36,618 bases of DNA from IMG/VR virus record IMGVR_UViG_3300033741_000186, positions 1-36,618 of that record. One strand, written 5' to 3'. Positions 16,672-26,227 of this stretch are shown here, in pieces. The position numbers were made by a program, and so were the translations under genes. Origin of the DNA: a virus (taxonomy: Duplodnaviria; Caudoviricetes). The notes beneath the pieces are model-generated. The model worked only from the letters and a program-made list of their open reading frames with translations, was not told where the DNA came from and did no database searches. Every line of letters starts with the position of its first letter. Position 1 is the first letter of the stretch.

Positions 16672-16707
16672 CTGAGGGGGCCAGCCTGTTTGGGTTGGCC
16701 CCCTTAG
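16672..16707 (+). terminator. Hairpin after the major tail gene
   Basis: 16-bp stem (with G-U pairs) CTGAGGGGGCCAGCCT/GGGTTGGCCCCCTTAG. Confidence 0.7.
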
Positions 16708-16729
16708 CTATACCGAAAGAGAGACGCGC

Positions 16730-17221
16730 ATGGCTGAAAATGAACTAGGCGAGCTATTTGATTTTCTGGAGGATGACGGCCTGACAACCCCGCCAGTAAA
16801 GGGCAAGAAATACCCCGAGGGCAAGGTATACGTCATCCCCTCGCCAGACGCCGAAACCGGCGCACGGCTGACCGCTCTAGGGGAGCTGGGCGTCAAGCTT
16901 GAAAAGGGCCTAGAGGTAACAGAGAACGACATGAAGCGCCTACGGCTCAACGACGCCGAGGAGCGGGAATTTGCTGAGCAAGTTCTGGGCTCGGCGCTGC
17001 CCGAGCTATTCGAGGATGGCGTGAGCTGGGTCATCATCCAACGCCTAACCAAATTCGCATTTGTCCACTTTTCGATCTCGCCAGAGGCCGCCCGCGAGGC
17101 AGCGCAACGAGGCGTTTTCTCGGGAAAAGCGCTAGCCCGGAATCGGGCGCAGCGCCGGGCAGACGCGAGGAGTGGCGCGGCCCACAAGGCCCCACAGGGC
17201 TCCACCGATTTGAGGGTGTGA
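16730..17221 (+). CDS. Tail assembly chaperone (G)
   Basis: Lies between the major tail and tape measure genes; contains a slippery site. Confidence 0.85.
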   Translation: MAENELGELFDFLEDDGLTTPPVKGKKYPEGKVYVIPSPDAETGARLTALGELGVKLEKGLEVTENDMKRLRLNDAEEREFAEQVLGSALPELFEDGVSWVIIQRLTKFAFVHFSISPEAAREAAQRGVFSGKALARNRAQRRADARSGAAHKAPQGSTDLRV

Positions 17222-17454
17222 AAAACTCCTCAAACGGTAGCGGCCTCGGCTGGCTGGATTTCTTGAGCAACTGGCGGTTAGTAGAGCTGGACTTTCAAGA
17301 GTTTTACAGCATCGACCTCGGCACCCCCGGCCTAATGCGCGCGCGCTCGTGGCGCTGGCTATCATTGCGCCTAATTGGGTTACTCTCTATGGAGGGCAGG
17401 GTGCAGCGGGTACTGCGGCCCACTGAGCAACCCGGGCTGCCCGGGACTAACTAG
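17122..17454 (+). CDS. -1 frameshift extension of the tail assembly chaperone (GT)
   Basis: G GGA AAA at 17122-17128 in canonical phase; -1 frame is open to TAG 17454 and contains W.LVELDFQEFY.IDL...RSWRWL..R..GLL. Confidence 0.85.
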   Translation, partial: GKSASPESGAAPGRREEWRGPQGPTGLHRFEGVKNSSNGSGLGWLDFLSNWRLVELDFQEFYSIDLGTPGLMRARSWRWLSLRLIGLLSMEGRVQRVLRPTEQPGLPGTN

Positions 17455-17463
17455 GAGGCCGTA

Positions 17464-19473
17464 GTGCTGGATCTTGGCACCCTCGTCGGATACCTGAAAC
17501 TGGATGACAGCGAGTTTCAGGGCACCCTTGACAAAATGCCGGGCAAGCTCAAGCTATCCGGCCCTAAAGCCAAGATGGCGGCCGGGGCCCTCGCGGCCCT
17601 CATCGGCGTTGCCATCGGCAAGGGCATCGCGCAGGGGATCGAGCTAGACGAGGCCCGCGCCAAAATCACCTCAGAATTGGGGCTTACCGAATCCGAGTCG
17701 GCCCGCATCGGCGGCGTTGCCGGGAAACTCTACACGCAGGCATACGGCGAAAGCATTGCCGAGGTCAATGATGCGGTGGCCACCGTAGTCTCGTCTATCG
17801 ACGGTATGCGAGGGGCCACGAGCGAATCGCTGGAGGCTATGACAGCCAAGGCGTTGAACTTTGGCAATGCTTTCGAGGTAGATATGGCCAAATCAACGCA
17901 GGTTGTCGGCCAGCTCATCAAAAGCGGGCTCGTCAAGGATGCTGACGAGGGTTTCGATATTCTCACGGCAACAATGCAAAAGGTGCCCAAGGCGGTGCGC
18001 GAGGACATTCTGGATGCGGCCGACGAGTACGGCCCATTCTTTGCCTCAATCGGCATGGACGGCGCTGACGCTTTTGGGCTGCTCGCGGATAACGCAGATC
18101 GTGGCATGTACGGCATCGACAAGGCTGGCGACGCGGTAAAAGAGTTTACAATCCGAGCGACCGATATGGGCGACACTGGGGCGCAGGATGCGCTGCGGGA
18201 TCTCGGGCTCAGCGGTCAAGATATGGCCAACGATCTACTTGCGGGCGGCGACGATGCTGCTGCTGCTTTCGACGCCATCGTTAAGGGATTGCAGGGCATC
18301 GAAGATCCCGCAGCGCAGGCTGCGGCAGCTACGGCCCTATTCGGGACGCCGCTGGAGGATCTTGGAAAGGATCAAATACCGGGTTTTCTGGACTCGCTGA
18401 CCAACGTGCAAAACTCGCTGGGCGACACTGAGGGGGCCGCCGACGATATGGGCGAAACCTTGAACGGTGGAGTAAAAACGGGCTGGACTGAGCTGACGAG
18501 GATGTGGGACTCAATTGTGGGCCAGCTCGGGCAGGGGCTAATCCCCATCCTCTCGGCAGTCGCGGACGTATTGAACGAGCACCCCATCATTTTGCAGATC
18601 ATCGCCGCAGTCGTTGGCATCTTGGCCATCGCGTTTATCGGGCTGACAATCGCCACTTGGGCAATGAACACGGCTCTATTGGCTAACCCGATTGTCTGGA
18701 TAGTGATTGCCGTGCTGGCGCTCATCGCGGCCGTGATTCTGCTCGTGATGAACTGGGATTCTGTAGTGGCTTTCATCACAAAAATCTGGGGCGTTTTCGT
18801 CGCGTGGATCTCGGATTCAATCGGCAATATCATTTCATTCTTTCAGGGGATACCCGGGGCCATTGGGGCCATCTTCTCGGCGGTTGGCGCGTGGCTGCTG
18901 CGCGTCGGCAGCGACCTAATTGGCGGAATGCTTACCGGCGTGCGCAACGGGTGGAACGGGTTTATGGGATTCTTGCGCAGCATCCCCGGGGTCGTAAAGG
19001 GGTTTTTCTCGGGCATCGGGTCATGGCTGTATAGTGCAGGCCGCGACATGATTCAGGGGATGCTCAACGGCGTGCGCTCGCTCGCTGGCACCATCGGCAA
19101 TTTTTTCCTTGGCTTACTCCCGAGCTGGATCGTCGCCCCGTTCAAGGCGGCCCTTGGCATCGCGTCGCCCTCTAAAGTTTTCCGAGGCTACGGCCGCAAC
19201 ATCGTGCAGGGCATCGTGCTCGGCGCAGACGATGAGCAGAGCGCCCTAGATGCCCGTATGGGCAACCTTGTCTCAGTGCCTAGCTCCTCGGCCGCCACGG
19301 GGCGACGTGGGGCCGCTGACGGCGCGGGCTCGGCTGGCCGCTCGGGCAGCTCAACCCTCATCATCAACGGCAACGTGGGATGGGACGCCGAGGAGGTTGC
19401 CCGGCGCAACGCTGAAAAGCAACGACAGGCCGCAGCGCTCGCGGGCCTTGACGATCTAGTGGGAGTCGCATGA
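17464..19473 (+). CDS. Tape measure protein
   Basis: Ala/Gly-rich; DKAGDAVKEF.IR motif, W/F periodic repeats, LGIASPSKVF. Confidence 0.95.
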   Translation: MLDLGTLVGYLKLDDSEFQGTLDKMPGKLKLSGPKAKMAAGALAALIGVAIGKGIAQGIELDEARAKITSELGLTESESARIGGVAGKLYTQAYGESIAEVNDAVATVVSSIDGMRGATSESLEAMTAKALNFGNAFEVDMAKSTQVVGQLIKSGLVKDADEGFDILTATMQKVPKAVREDILDAADEYGPFFASIGMDGADAFGLLADNADRGMYGIDKAGDAVKEFTIRATDMGDTGAQDALRDLGLSGQDMANDLLAGGDDAAAAFDAIVKGLQGIEDPAAQAAAATALFGTPLEDLGKDQIPGFLDSLTNVQNSLGDTEGAADDMGETLNGGVKTGWTELTRMWDSIVGQLGQGLIPILSAVADVLNEHPIILQIIAAVVGILAIAFIGLTIATWAMNTALLANPIVWIVIAVLALIAAVILLVMNWDSVVAFITKIWGVFVAWISDSIGNIISFFQGIPGAIGAIFSAVGAWLLRVGSDLIGGMLTGVRNGWNGFMGFLRSIPGVVKGFFSGIGSWLYSAGRDMIQGMLNGVRSLAGTIGNFFLGLLPSWIVAPFKAALGIASPSKVFRGYGRNIVQGIVLGADDEQSALDARMGNLVSVPSSSAATGRRGAADGAGSAGRSGSSTLIINGNVGWDAEEVARRNAEKQRQAAALAGLDDLVGVA

Positions 19474-20330
19474 GTATCGAGATCAACTGGCTAGGCACTG
19501 ACGGCTCAAGCTGGGATCTATTGCGGGGCCCAGTGCGCACGAGCGTCGCAGGGATCACCGGCCTCGCCATGCCCGAAGTTAAGCGCCAGACGAAAGAAAC
19601 CGCCTTGCGGGATGGCCAGCGTCAAACGGGCTGGAAACTCAAGCCCCGCCCAGCATGGCTGCCGCTCAAGTTCAAGGATGCCGCAGCAACCGACGTTGAG
19701 GGCATACAGCGAGATTTCTGGCGCAGCGTAGCAATCGGCGAGCAGGGCACTCTGACCGTCACGGACGGCAGCGGTGCGACCCGCCAGCTCGGCCTCACCT
19801 GCGAGGGGGACGATGGCTATGCCTACCGCCTAGACCCGTATGTTCTATCTGACGCTTTCGGCCTCACCATGATCGCGGATCAACCGTGGTGGGAGGGCCC
19901 CGCCGTCGAGTTTGCTTATTCGCTCGCCAGCGAGGGCGCGCTGCCAACATTTTTCGGTAACGGTGCAGGGGCAACCCCGTTCTACATCATCCCGGCGCAG
20001 GGCGGCGACAGTGACACGCTCGCCAACCCGGGCGATTCTGCGGCGTGGATTGAGTGGCAACTTTCGGGCCCGTTTACATATTTCAGGCTTGGCGTTGACG
20101 GCCACTATCTCGGCGGCTCAATCGTCGGCACTGAGGGGCAGACTCTCATCGTGGAGACTGACCCGCTGCGCCAGCTCGCGCTGCTCGACGGCATCAAAGT
20201 AACTCGCCAGCTTAACGAGATCGACTGGGCCCCCATCCCCCGGGGCTCGGTCACGCCGGTCGAGATCTCGGTTGTTGGCTCTGGCATCGTAACGGCACGA
20301 ATTACCCCAAGATATGCGAGGGCATTTTGA
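19470..20330 (+). CDS. Minor tail protein (distal tail-like)
   Basis: Follows the tape measure gene; W.G.DGSSWDL, A.QPWW.G and NPGD..AW..W motifs. Confidence 0.85.
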   Translation: MSIEINWLGTDGSSWDLLRGPVRTSVAGITGLAMPEVKRQTKETALRDGQRQTGWKLKPRPAWLPLKFKDAAATDVEGIQRDFWRSVAIGEQGTLTVTDGSGATRQLGLTCEGDDGYAYRLDPYVLSDAFGLTMIADQPWWEGPAVEFAYSLASEGALPTFFGNGAGATPFYIIPAQGGDSDTLANPGDSAAWIEWQLSGPFTYFRLGVDGHYLGGSIVGTEGQTLIVETDPLRQLALLDGIKVTRQLNEIDWAPIPRGSVTPVEISVVGSGIVTARITPRYARAF

Positions 20331-21685
20331 CTGACAGCCCATTCCTGATTGACGTTTACGATAAGGGTTTCAACTGGGGCGGGCGGATAACTGACCCCGT
20401 GAGCATTACCGGCTCGGTGCGCCACAACGCGCTCAGCAATTTTAGCTTTAGATTGCACGCAGGCGATCCCATGATTGAGGACATGATGCGCAAGGGCGCG
20501 CGCGTCACGATGCAATACCGGGGCGCTGGCCTTATGTCTGGAATGGTGCGCACTAAGGGGGGCGACCTGCTGCCTAATGGGGATCTCGTTTGTCAAGTCC
20601 AAGGCGACTGGCGACTGCTGCCAAACACTACGGCGCTCGTTGCGCCTATCCACCCGGTAGCGCCAACAACCTTGGACGCAAACGCCCCGAGCGGCTGGGC
20701 TCAGACGACGCTGCCCGGGGGTAGCGCTGACGCTGGCCCAGATGGAACTACGCAGGGCCAATATGGTTATTATCTCTGGCCGGATGGCTCGGCCGCTGCC
20801 GGTGGCGTTCTCGTTGAGAGTGCAGAGTCAGCTATCAAGAATTTAGTAGGCGTGAACTTTGCACGCCTTGGCCGCCCTGTGACGATAGCCCCTGACCTGC
20901 TGCGCGGTGGCGACGCACGGGCTGCGGGGGTTTTGCCTAGTGTGCGCATGGCCCGGCTGGACGAGGCCCTAGAGTCGCTGCTGATTTGGTCAGGGCTCGG
21001 CGTGCGTCTCATGCAGGCGGCCCGAGGCGCAACCGTAGAGCTTGACGTTTACGAGCCGAGCGAGTGGCAGGCACCGCTCACGGTTGGCTCTGGAATCGTT
21101 GAGGCGGGGTCATGGTCACTTAACCCGCCATCGGCAACGCGGGCAGTCGTCGGCGGCCCGGGCGAGATTGCCGACCGAGCTTTTTGGACAGTGGCAGATG
21201 CAGCACTAGAGGCCGAATATGGCGACATTATTGAGGTATTCAGGGATGCGACCGGCGCTGGGCTCAACTGGCCTGACGCGCTGGCCGACGCCTACCGGGT
21301 GGCTAAGTATTACCTGCTGCGCCCCGAGGTTTCAGTGGCAGACAAGACGCGGTTTAGCGACTACTTGACCGCAGCGGCCATTGCCGGGATAGACGAGGGC
21401 GCGCCTACGTCGAGCGTGCAGGCGACGCTGAGCGAGTCGGAAACGTTCTATTTTGGCGGCGAGAATGGCGTGCAGCTCGGCGACGTAGTAACGATAAAAT
21501 CAGGCGACGAGCTGGGCGCGGAATCGTTTACAGATATTGTCACTGAGGCCAAGTTTTCGCTCACGTCGGATAGCTTTACCGTTGAGCCAATACTGGGGGC
21601 CAAGACTGACGACCCTACGCGGGCACTCGCTAACGCTGTGGCCCGGCTGGCAGCGTCTCAGCGTAGAATCACAACGAGTAGATAG
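20327..21685 (+). CDS. Minor tail protein (hub, Gp37-like)
   Basis: Synteny; TRAVVGGPGE...R and IEVFRDA motifs. Confidence 0.8.
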   Translation: MTDSPFLIDVYDKGFNWGGRITDPVSITGSVRHNALSNFSFRLHAGDPMIEDMMRKGARVTMQYRGAGLMSGMVRTKGGDLLPNGDLVCQVQGDWRLLPNTTALVAPIHPVAPTTLDANAPSGWAQTTLPGGSADAGPDGTTQGQYGYYLWPDGSAAAGGVLVESAESAIKNLVGVNFARLGRPVTIAPDLLRGGDARAAGVLPSVRMARLDEALESLLIWSGLGVRLMQAARGATVELDVYEPSEWQAPLTVGSGIVEAGSWSLNPPSATRAVVGGPGEIADRAFWTVADAALEAEYGDIIEVFRDATGAGLNWPDALADAYRVAKYYLLRPEVSVADKTRFSDYLTAAAIAGIDEGAPTSSVQATLSESETFYFGGENGVQLGDVVTIKSGDELGAESFTDIVTEAKFSLTSDSFTVEPILGAKTDDPTRALANAVARLAASQRRITTSR

Positions 21686-21695
21686 GGTTTCAGAT

Positions 21696-22613
21696 ATGAC
21701 ACAGACAAGCATTGGTTTTGACGGAACGGTTGACACCGTGCAGTGGGCCGGGCTATCCCGGTACTTGGGGCGCGATTATTGCGTGGGCTCGGATAGTGCC
21801 TTAGCCGTCACCCAGAGCCCGGGCGCTCGCACCGCCATCGTCGCGGCCGGGCTGGCTTTTGGGCGCGGCGTGGCCACGACCTTGGACGCGGCCGAAAATA
21901 TCCCTATCCCAGTGCCCGCAGCAGGCCAGTGGTATTTGGTCGTCTTGCGTCGAGTCTGGGCGACAAAGGCGACGAGCCTTGTGCCCATCCCGCACACAAC
22001 CACGACCACGGCCACGCCGTCAACATATCCAACAAGCTACCCCGCAGCGCGCCTTGTCAGCCCGGGAGTTCAAGACGAGCAGCCCGTGGCTTGGGTTTGG
22101 GTCAACGCAAGCAACACAACTATGGTGATCGTTGATCTGCGGATATCTGCCGCAGCGACCGAGCGGCTAACGGTAGCAGCAGCGAGCAAGGTGGCACTGG
22201 ATAAGATTGTGCACCTGCCTGTCGGCGCGCTCGGCCTCGTTGGCTCTGCTCAATACTCATGGAGCGGGGCTACTTGGGTTGCTCAAGTAGTCGATTCTGG
22301 CTGGGTTGCAGTGGCGCTGCTCAACGGCTGGACAACCTACAGTGCGACATATGGCCCACTGGAGTACCGGATAACCAAGGATAGGATTCAGTTTCGAGGC
22401 GTAATCAAGCCCGGCACAACCGCATCCGGGACGGCAATATTTACCATAGGAGCACTCTCAGGGCTGCTCGGAGCCAAGACTCGCAAGCTAATGGTCAACG
22501 CAGTTAACGCAGTGGCCACCCTAGAAGTAACGACTGCGGGAGAGTTTGCACTCTCGGGCACGACCTCATCAATTTTTGTTAGTTTCGACGGCGCGGGGAT
22601 GGGGCTTGAGTAA
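21696..22613 (+). CDS. Minor tail / receptor-binding protein
   Basis: TSIGFDGTVD.VQW N-terminus; DSGW...L.NGW beta-rich C-terminus. Confidence 0.75.
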   Translation: MTQTSIGFDGTVDTVQWAGLSRYLGRDYCVGSDSALAVTQSPGARTAIVAAGLAFGRGVATTLDAAENIPIPVPAAGQWYLVVLRRVWATKATSLVPIPHTTTTTATPSTYPTSYPAARLVSPGVQDEQPVAWVWVNASNTTMVIVDLRISAAATERLTVAAASKVALDKIVHLPVGALGLVGSAQYSWSGATWVAQVVDSGWVAVALLNGWTTYSATYGPLEYRITKDRIQFRGVIKPGTTASGTAIFTIGALSGLLGAKTRKLMVNAVNAVATLEVTTAGEFALSGTTSSIFVSFDGAGMGLE

Positions 22614-23485
22614 TGACCTACAGCAAACAAACTAATCAGGTAAAAATCTCGGCACAGTCATCCAAGCGGACGGCAACAATTGACACGTTCCTGATTCATC
22701 ATCAAGCGGGGACAAATGACAATGCGGTAATCGCCGCAATGGTCAGCGGCTCGCGCGGCGTGTCGGCAAACTACACCATTAGCAACGAGGGCCGCATTAC
22801 TTGCGTAGTGCCCGAGGAACGCCGCGCGTGGACTTCTGGCTCTGCCTATGACAACGGCAAGGGCGCAGCGTGGGATCACCGGGCGGTTACGGTCGAGATT
22901 GAGAACGAGTCAGCGGGTGGAGCTTGGCCCATCTCGGCCAAAGCTCTCGACGCTGCTGCACGACTGCTCATTGATCTGCGACAGCGGTACACCATCAGGC
23001 ATGTTCTCGGTCATCGTGACCTGTGGAACACCTACGGGGCAAGCTACCCCACGTTCTGCCCCGGCCCCGAAACAGTAAGTTCTATTCTCGCCCGCGCCAA
23101 GGCCGGAGCGTCGCCAGCCGGATCGTCCGGCACCGAAATAAAAGAAAGAGAGACACCAGAAATGTTCAGAGCAGCACTGCGGGACACTAAAAGGGTTGCT
23201 TTTTTCGACTCGACTACGTTCTTTGAAACAACCGACAGCTCGGTAGACGATAACGCATGGGGCCGCTTTGTCGGCAAGCCCGGGCTGACCGTTTCTCAGG
23301 CCGAGTGGGATTCATACAGGAACCTCGCGGCAAAAAATTCTGCTTCGCTGGCTGGCTCGGTTTCATTGAGCGCACCGCAGCTAGCGCAGCTCGCGCCGCT
23401 CGTGGGGGCCTCAATGAAGATCCCCACGGCGGCCGAGATCGCCACGGCGGTAAATATCGACGCGGCCGAGCGCCTAGCCAACTAG
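22613..23485 (+). CDS. Endolysin, N-acetylmuramoyl-L-alanine amidase (Amidase_2)
   Basis: LIHHQA, SANY.I, RAW.SG, VEIEN, GHRD and TFCPG motifs. Confidence 0.9.
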   Translation: MTYSKQTNQVKISAQSSKRTATIDTFLIHHQAGTNDNAVIAAMVSGSRGVSANYTISNEGRITCVVPEERRAWTSGSAYDNGKGAAWDHRAVTVEIENESAGGAWPISAKALDAAARLLIDLRQRYTIRHVLGHRDLWNTYGASYPTFCPGPETVSSILARAKAGASPAGSSGTEIKERETPEMFRAALRDTKRVAFFDSTTFFETTDSSVDDNAWGRFVGKPGLTVSQAEWDSYRNLAAKNSASLAGSVSLSAPQLAQLAPLVGASMKIPTAAEIATAVNIDAAERLAN

Positions 23486-23505
23486 CCCAGCCCTCAACGG
23501 CAGGC

Positions 23506-23540
23506 ACGCAGGCCCCCCTAACCGGGGGCTTGTGTTGTTT
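23506..23540 (+). terminator. Intrinsic terminator after the endolysin
   Basis: AGGCCCCC-CTAACC-GGGGGCTT followed by GTGTTGTTT. Confidence 0.7.
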
Positions 23541-23554
23541 GTGGAGATTGCGGC

Positions 23555-23571
23555 GCTAGGATGACGGCGTG
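23555..23571 (+). promoter_or_regulatory. Leaderless-type promoter
   Basis: TAGGAT-N6-GTG with no SD; near-identical to 36456..36472 on the minus strand. Confidence 0.55.
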
Positions 23572-24060
23572 ACTCCAAACACAGAAACTCATCCCACGAG
23601 TGCAAAACGGCACGCAGCGCTAGATGCCCTGCTCAGGATCATCGACGTAACGGTGGGCCTTGCCGTCTTAGCCTCGGGCGTTTTCGCCATCGTGGCCACA
23701 CCGCCGAGCGTTACCGCGACGATCTCACTGCCGCTGTTTGTGGCGCTCTGGGGTGGGCTGCTGATCGCTGGCGGTTTCAGCTCGGCGCTCGGGCGTCTGA
23801 CCGGGATATGGATACTGGAAACCACGGGAATCGCTGCGGCCGGTTTCGGAGCCCTAATTTATCTCGTGATTGTTTCCAGCCTGCTCGTCAATAGTCTCGA
23901 CGCGGCCGTGGCGATCACTCTCATTCTCGTCGCCCTGCTGGCCCTGCTGCGGCGTTACGTCGAGCTACAGATGCTCTTGAGCGAGCCGGGGCAACGCGGC
24001 TTTATCGTTAGGCTGCAAGCCCTGCTGCGTGTTCGCACTGTAGCCAGCTTGCGAGATTAG
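23569..24060 (+). CDS. Four-TM membrane protein (lysis module)
   Basis: Four hydrophobic stretches; basic C-terminus. Confidence 0.8.
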   Translation: MTPNTETHPTSAKRHAALDALLRIIDVTVGLAVLASGVFAIVATPPSVTATISLPLFVALWGGLLIAGGFSSALGRLTGIWILETTGIAAAGFGALIYLVIVSSLLVNSLDAAVAITLILVALLALLRRYVELQMLLSEPGQRGFIVRLQALLRVRTVASLRD

Positions 24061-24087
24061 TCACGCTGGGCGTGGCAACATAGGCGT

Positions 24088-24450
24088 GTGGAAATAAACG
24101 CGACGACCGTGCTAGTGGCCGTGCTTGGGGGCGGTGGACTCGGCGCGATTTTGCGCGAGATCATCTCGGGCATCGGCAAGATCGCCCGGGGCGTGTCTCT
24201 GAAAGAGTCGAGTAGGCGCGTGGATCTCGTCACTGAGCGCGATGACGCACTGCGCCGGGCGGGGCACTTGAGCGATGAGCGTGACCGCGAGGGGCGTAAC
24301 CGGCGTTTGCTGTTTCTCCATACTGCACACCTTGAAAGTATCCTTATCCGCGAGGGCCTGCGCGATAAAATCCCGCCGACCCCTAAGCTGGAGGACGCAA
24401 TAACCCCTGCGCATCTGCGCAAAGCGAGAGAGGCTAAAAATGACTACTGA
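24088..24450 (+). CDS. Single-TM coiled-coil membrane protein (lysis module)
   Basis: VLVAVLGGGGLGAI followed by a charged helix. Confidence 0.75.
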   Translation: MEINATTVLVAVLGGGGLGAILREIISGIGKIARGVSLKESSRRVDLVTERDDALRRAGHLSDERDREGRNRRLLFLHTAHLESILIREGLRDKIPPTPKLEDAITPAHLRKAREAKNDY

Positions 24451-24796
24451 CAAGATCCAGATTGACGAGCGGGCCGTGTCGGCCGAGGGGACGCCGACGC
24501 AGGTGGCTAACCCTAAGCGTGCAACCCTGCGCACTGTCCTCGCCATCTTGGCCGGGCTCGTGCTCGCGCTGCCCTTGGTCAACTCCATGCTTGCGATTCT
24601 GCAAGAGGAGCTGCACAAGGTTACGGCGTTCGACATTCCCGGGTGGGTTTATGTTGCCATCAACCTCGCCGTGGGCGGCGTCGCCCTTGTCGGCGGCCTC
24701 GTCACTCGCTGGATGGCAGCAGCTCGCGCTAATGAGTGGATCAAGCGACACCTGCCGGGCATCGCGGCTATTCCGCTTGAGCCTGCCGACAAGTAA
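24440..24796 (+). CDS. Putative holin
   Basis: TQVANPKRATLRTV, two TM segments, TRWMA....NEWI; resembles actinophage holins. Confidence 0.7.
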   Translation: MTTDKIQIDERAVSAEGTPTQVANPKRATLRTVLAILAGLVLALPLVNSMLAILQEELHKVTAFDIPGWVYVAINLAVGGVALVGGLVTRWMAAARANEWIKRHLPGIAAIPLEPADK

Positions 24797-24808
24797 CAAC
24801 GCTTGAGA

Positions 24809-24853
24809 AGAGAGCCCTCACGGCCCCGCATTGGGTGCTGCTGGGGGCTCTCT
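24809..24853. terminator. Hairpin between convergent operons
   Basis: Stem AGAGAGCCCTCA/TGGGGGCTCTCT. Confidence 0.7.
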
Positions 24854-24905
24854 CGTCGTTTGCGGCCCGGTGCGTCCACTAAGGCACCGCAAGGGTGAAA
24901 GTGGC

Positions 24906-25250
24906 TTAGATCGCCGCTGAGCGCCGCAGCGCGTACAGCTCACGACGACGCGCGAGGCGGGCTCGGCGCTTGGCGGCCTCGGCTGCTCGCTGCACGGCCC
25001 CATCCCGAGCGTTGCAGCCCATGCACGCCGGGCGCACGTTGCCCTTGCGATAGCGCCCACCCCGGCGAGCAGGCACCGGGTAAAGATCTTTCGTGAGGGT
25101 GCTAAAAAATAGCGGGCACTCACAGAACGAGCACGGGGCGGTAATCCCATCGCCAAACTCGGCAAGCATCCAGAGCTTGAGCGCCCGGCCGATATGGGCA
25201 CCCGGGCGGCGGTTTTTGTTGCTGCCCCTCGTCTCCCGGCGCTGGCTCAT
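24906..25250 (-). CDS. HNH-like endonuclease
   Basis: CSFC...GG.Y..GNVRPACMGCN; the first catalytic His appears replaced (TKDLYP). Confidence 0.75.
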   Translation of the reverse strand: MSQRRETRGSNKNRRPGAHIGRALKLWMLAEFGDGITAPCSFCECPLFFSTLTKDLYPVPARRGGRYRKGNVRPACMGCNARDGAVQRAAEAAKRRARLARRRELYALRRSAAI

Positions 25251-25495
25251 CGGTATTGCTCCAGCACACTCTCGGCCAAGTGCTGCCCCGGGGCGACTAT
25301 CAGGCGCGCTAGGCCGTCAGAGAAACTCTCGGCCGGGATCTCGTAGGCCCGGCCCGGCCTCATGGTCGAGCTGCGCACGATGCGCTCGGGCGGTGGGTTG
25401 AGCATCACGGCAAGGATCTCGGCGCTCTCGGCGTCAGCCTGCTCTTGCAGCTTGGCGTTGATCGCTCGGCCCCACGCCTTAAGAAACTTGTCCAC
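25247..25495 (-). CDS. Hypothetical protein
   Basis: SD GGGGAGG; ATGA overlap with the HNH gene. Confidence 0.65.
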   Translation of the reverse strand: MDKFLKAWGRAINAKLQEQADAESAEILAVMLNPPPERIVRSSTMRPGRAYEIPAESFSDGLARLIVAPGQHLAESVLEQYR

Positions 25496-25832
25496 GATCC
25501 AGAACCTCCCCTGTCAGCTTGTGGAGTGCGTACCCGCAATCTAGGCAGGTGTCAAAGCGTCGCGCCCGGTGGAGCTTGCGACCGTGCCCGCACAGCGGCG
25601 ACGCCCAGAGAGTGAAAGCGCCGGGCGGGATTCTGCCCTTGCCCTCACGCTCCAGCCATACAATCCCGGCAGCGTCGGCCTGAGCTTGCAGCTCGTGCTC
25701 GTGGGCTTGCATGTTGTGAGTGTCGGCCGCGTGCTGGGCGAGGGTGCGCAACTGCCAGCCGCTCGCCCTGCTCTTGCACTCTCGGCAGCTATAGCCGTAG
25801 CCGTCTCGGGTCGGCGTTACTTTGGCGGTCAC
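25479..25832 (-). CDS. Zn-finger protein
   Basis: CREC...H...H and C.H...CLDC motifs. Confidence 0.7.
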   Translation of the reverse strand: MTAKVTPTRDGYGYSCRECKSRASGWQLRTLAQHAADTHNMQAHEHELQAQADAAGIVWLEREGKGRIPPGAFTLWASPLCGHGRKLHRARRFDTCLDCGYALHKLTGEVLDRGQVS

Positions 25833-26227
25833 TCTGCACTCAGCTCGTGGATGGCGTTGGCGATCACCTTGGCGGCGATCCTGTCGCCACTCATGCGGGC
25901 CTCGGTATATCGTTTGCGGGCGATGGCCTCGGCGGCGTCGCGGCCAGCCTCAAAACCGTCAAGAAACGAGCGATTGCCGGGCTGGGTGGGCCTCTCGCCT
26001 CGCAGATCCAGCAATATCGCGGCCATTCTGGGGGCGGCCCCAGACAGCGCTACTGTCGTGGACAGCTCACCCGCTGCGGCCCACTCGACAGCCTTGGTAT
26101 AGACCGCAAGCGCGGCAATGATCGCCGAGCGCATCGCCTCGCCATCGCTGGCGTCGAGCGCCGACGATAGTGCGAGGCGGTCAATCTGGGCGTGCAGCTC
26201 GGCGCGGATCTCGTTAGTTGTGCTCAA
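25829..26227 (-). CDS. Hypothetical protein
   Basis: Start moved to TTG 26227 (TTGA overlap, SD GAGGAG). Confidence 0.65.
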   Translation of the reverse strand: MSTTNEIRAELHAQIDRLALSSALDASDGEAMRSAIIAALAVYTKAVEWAAAGELSTTVALSGAAPRMAAILLDLRGERPTQPGNRSFLDGFEAGRDAAEAIARKRYTEARMSGDRIAAKVIANAIHELSAE

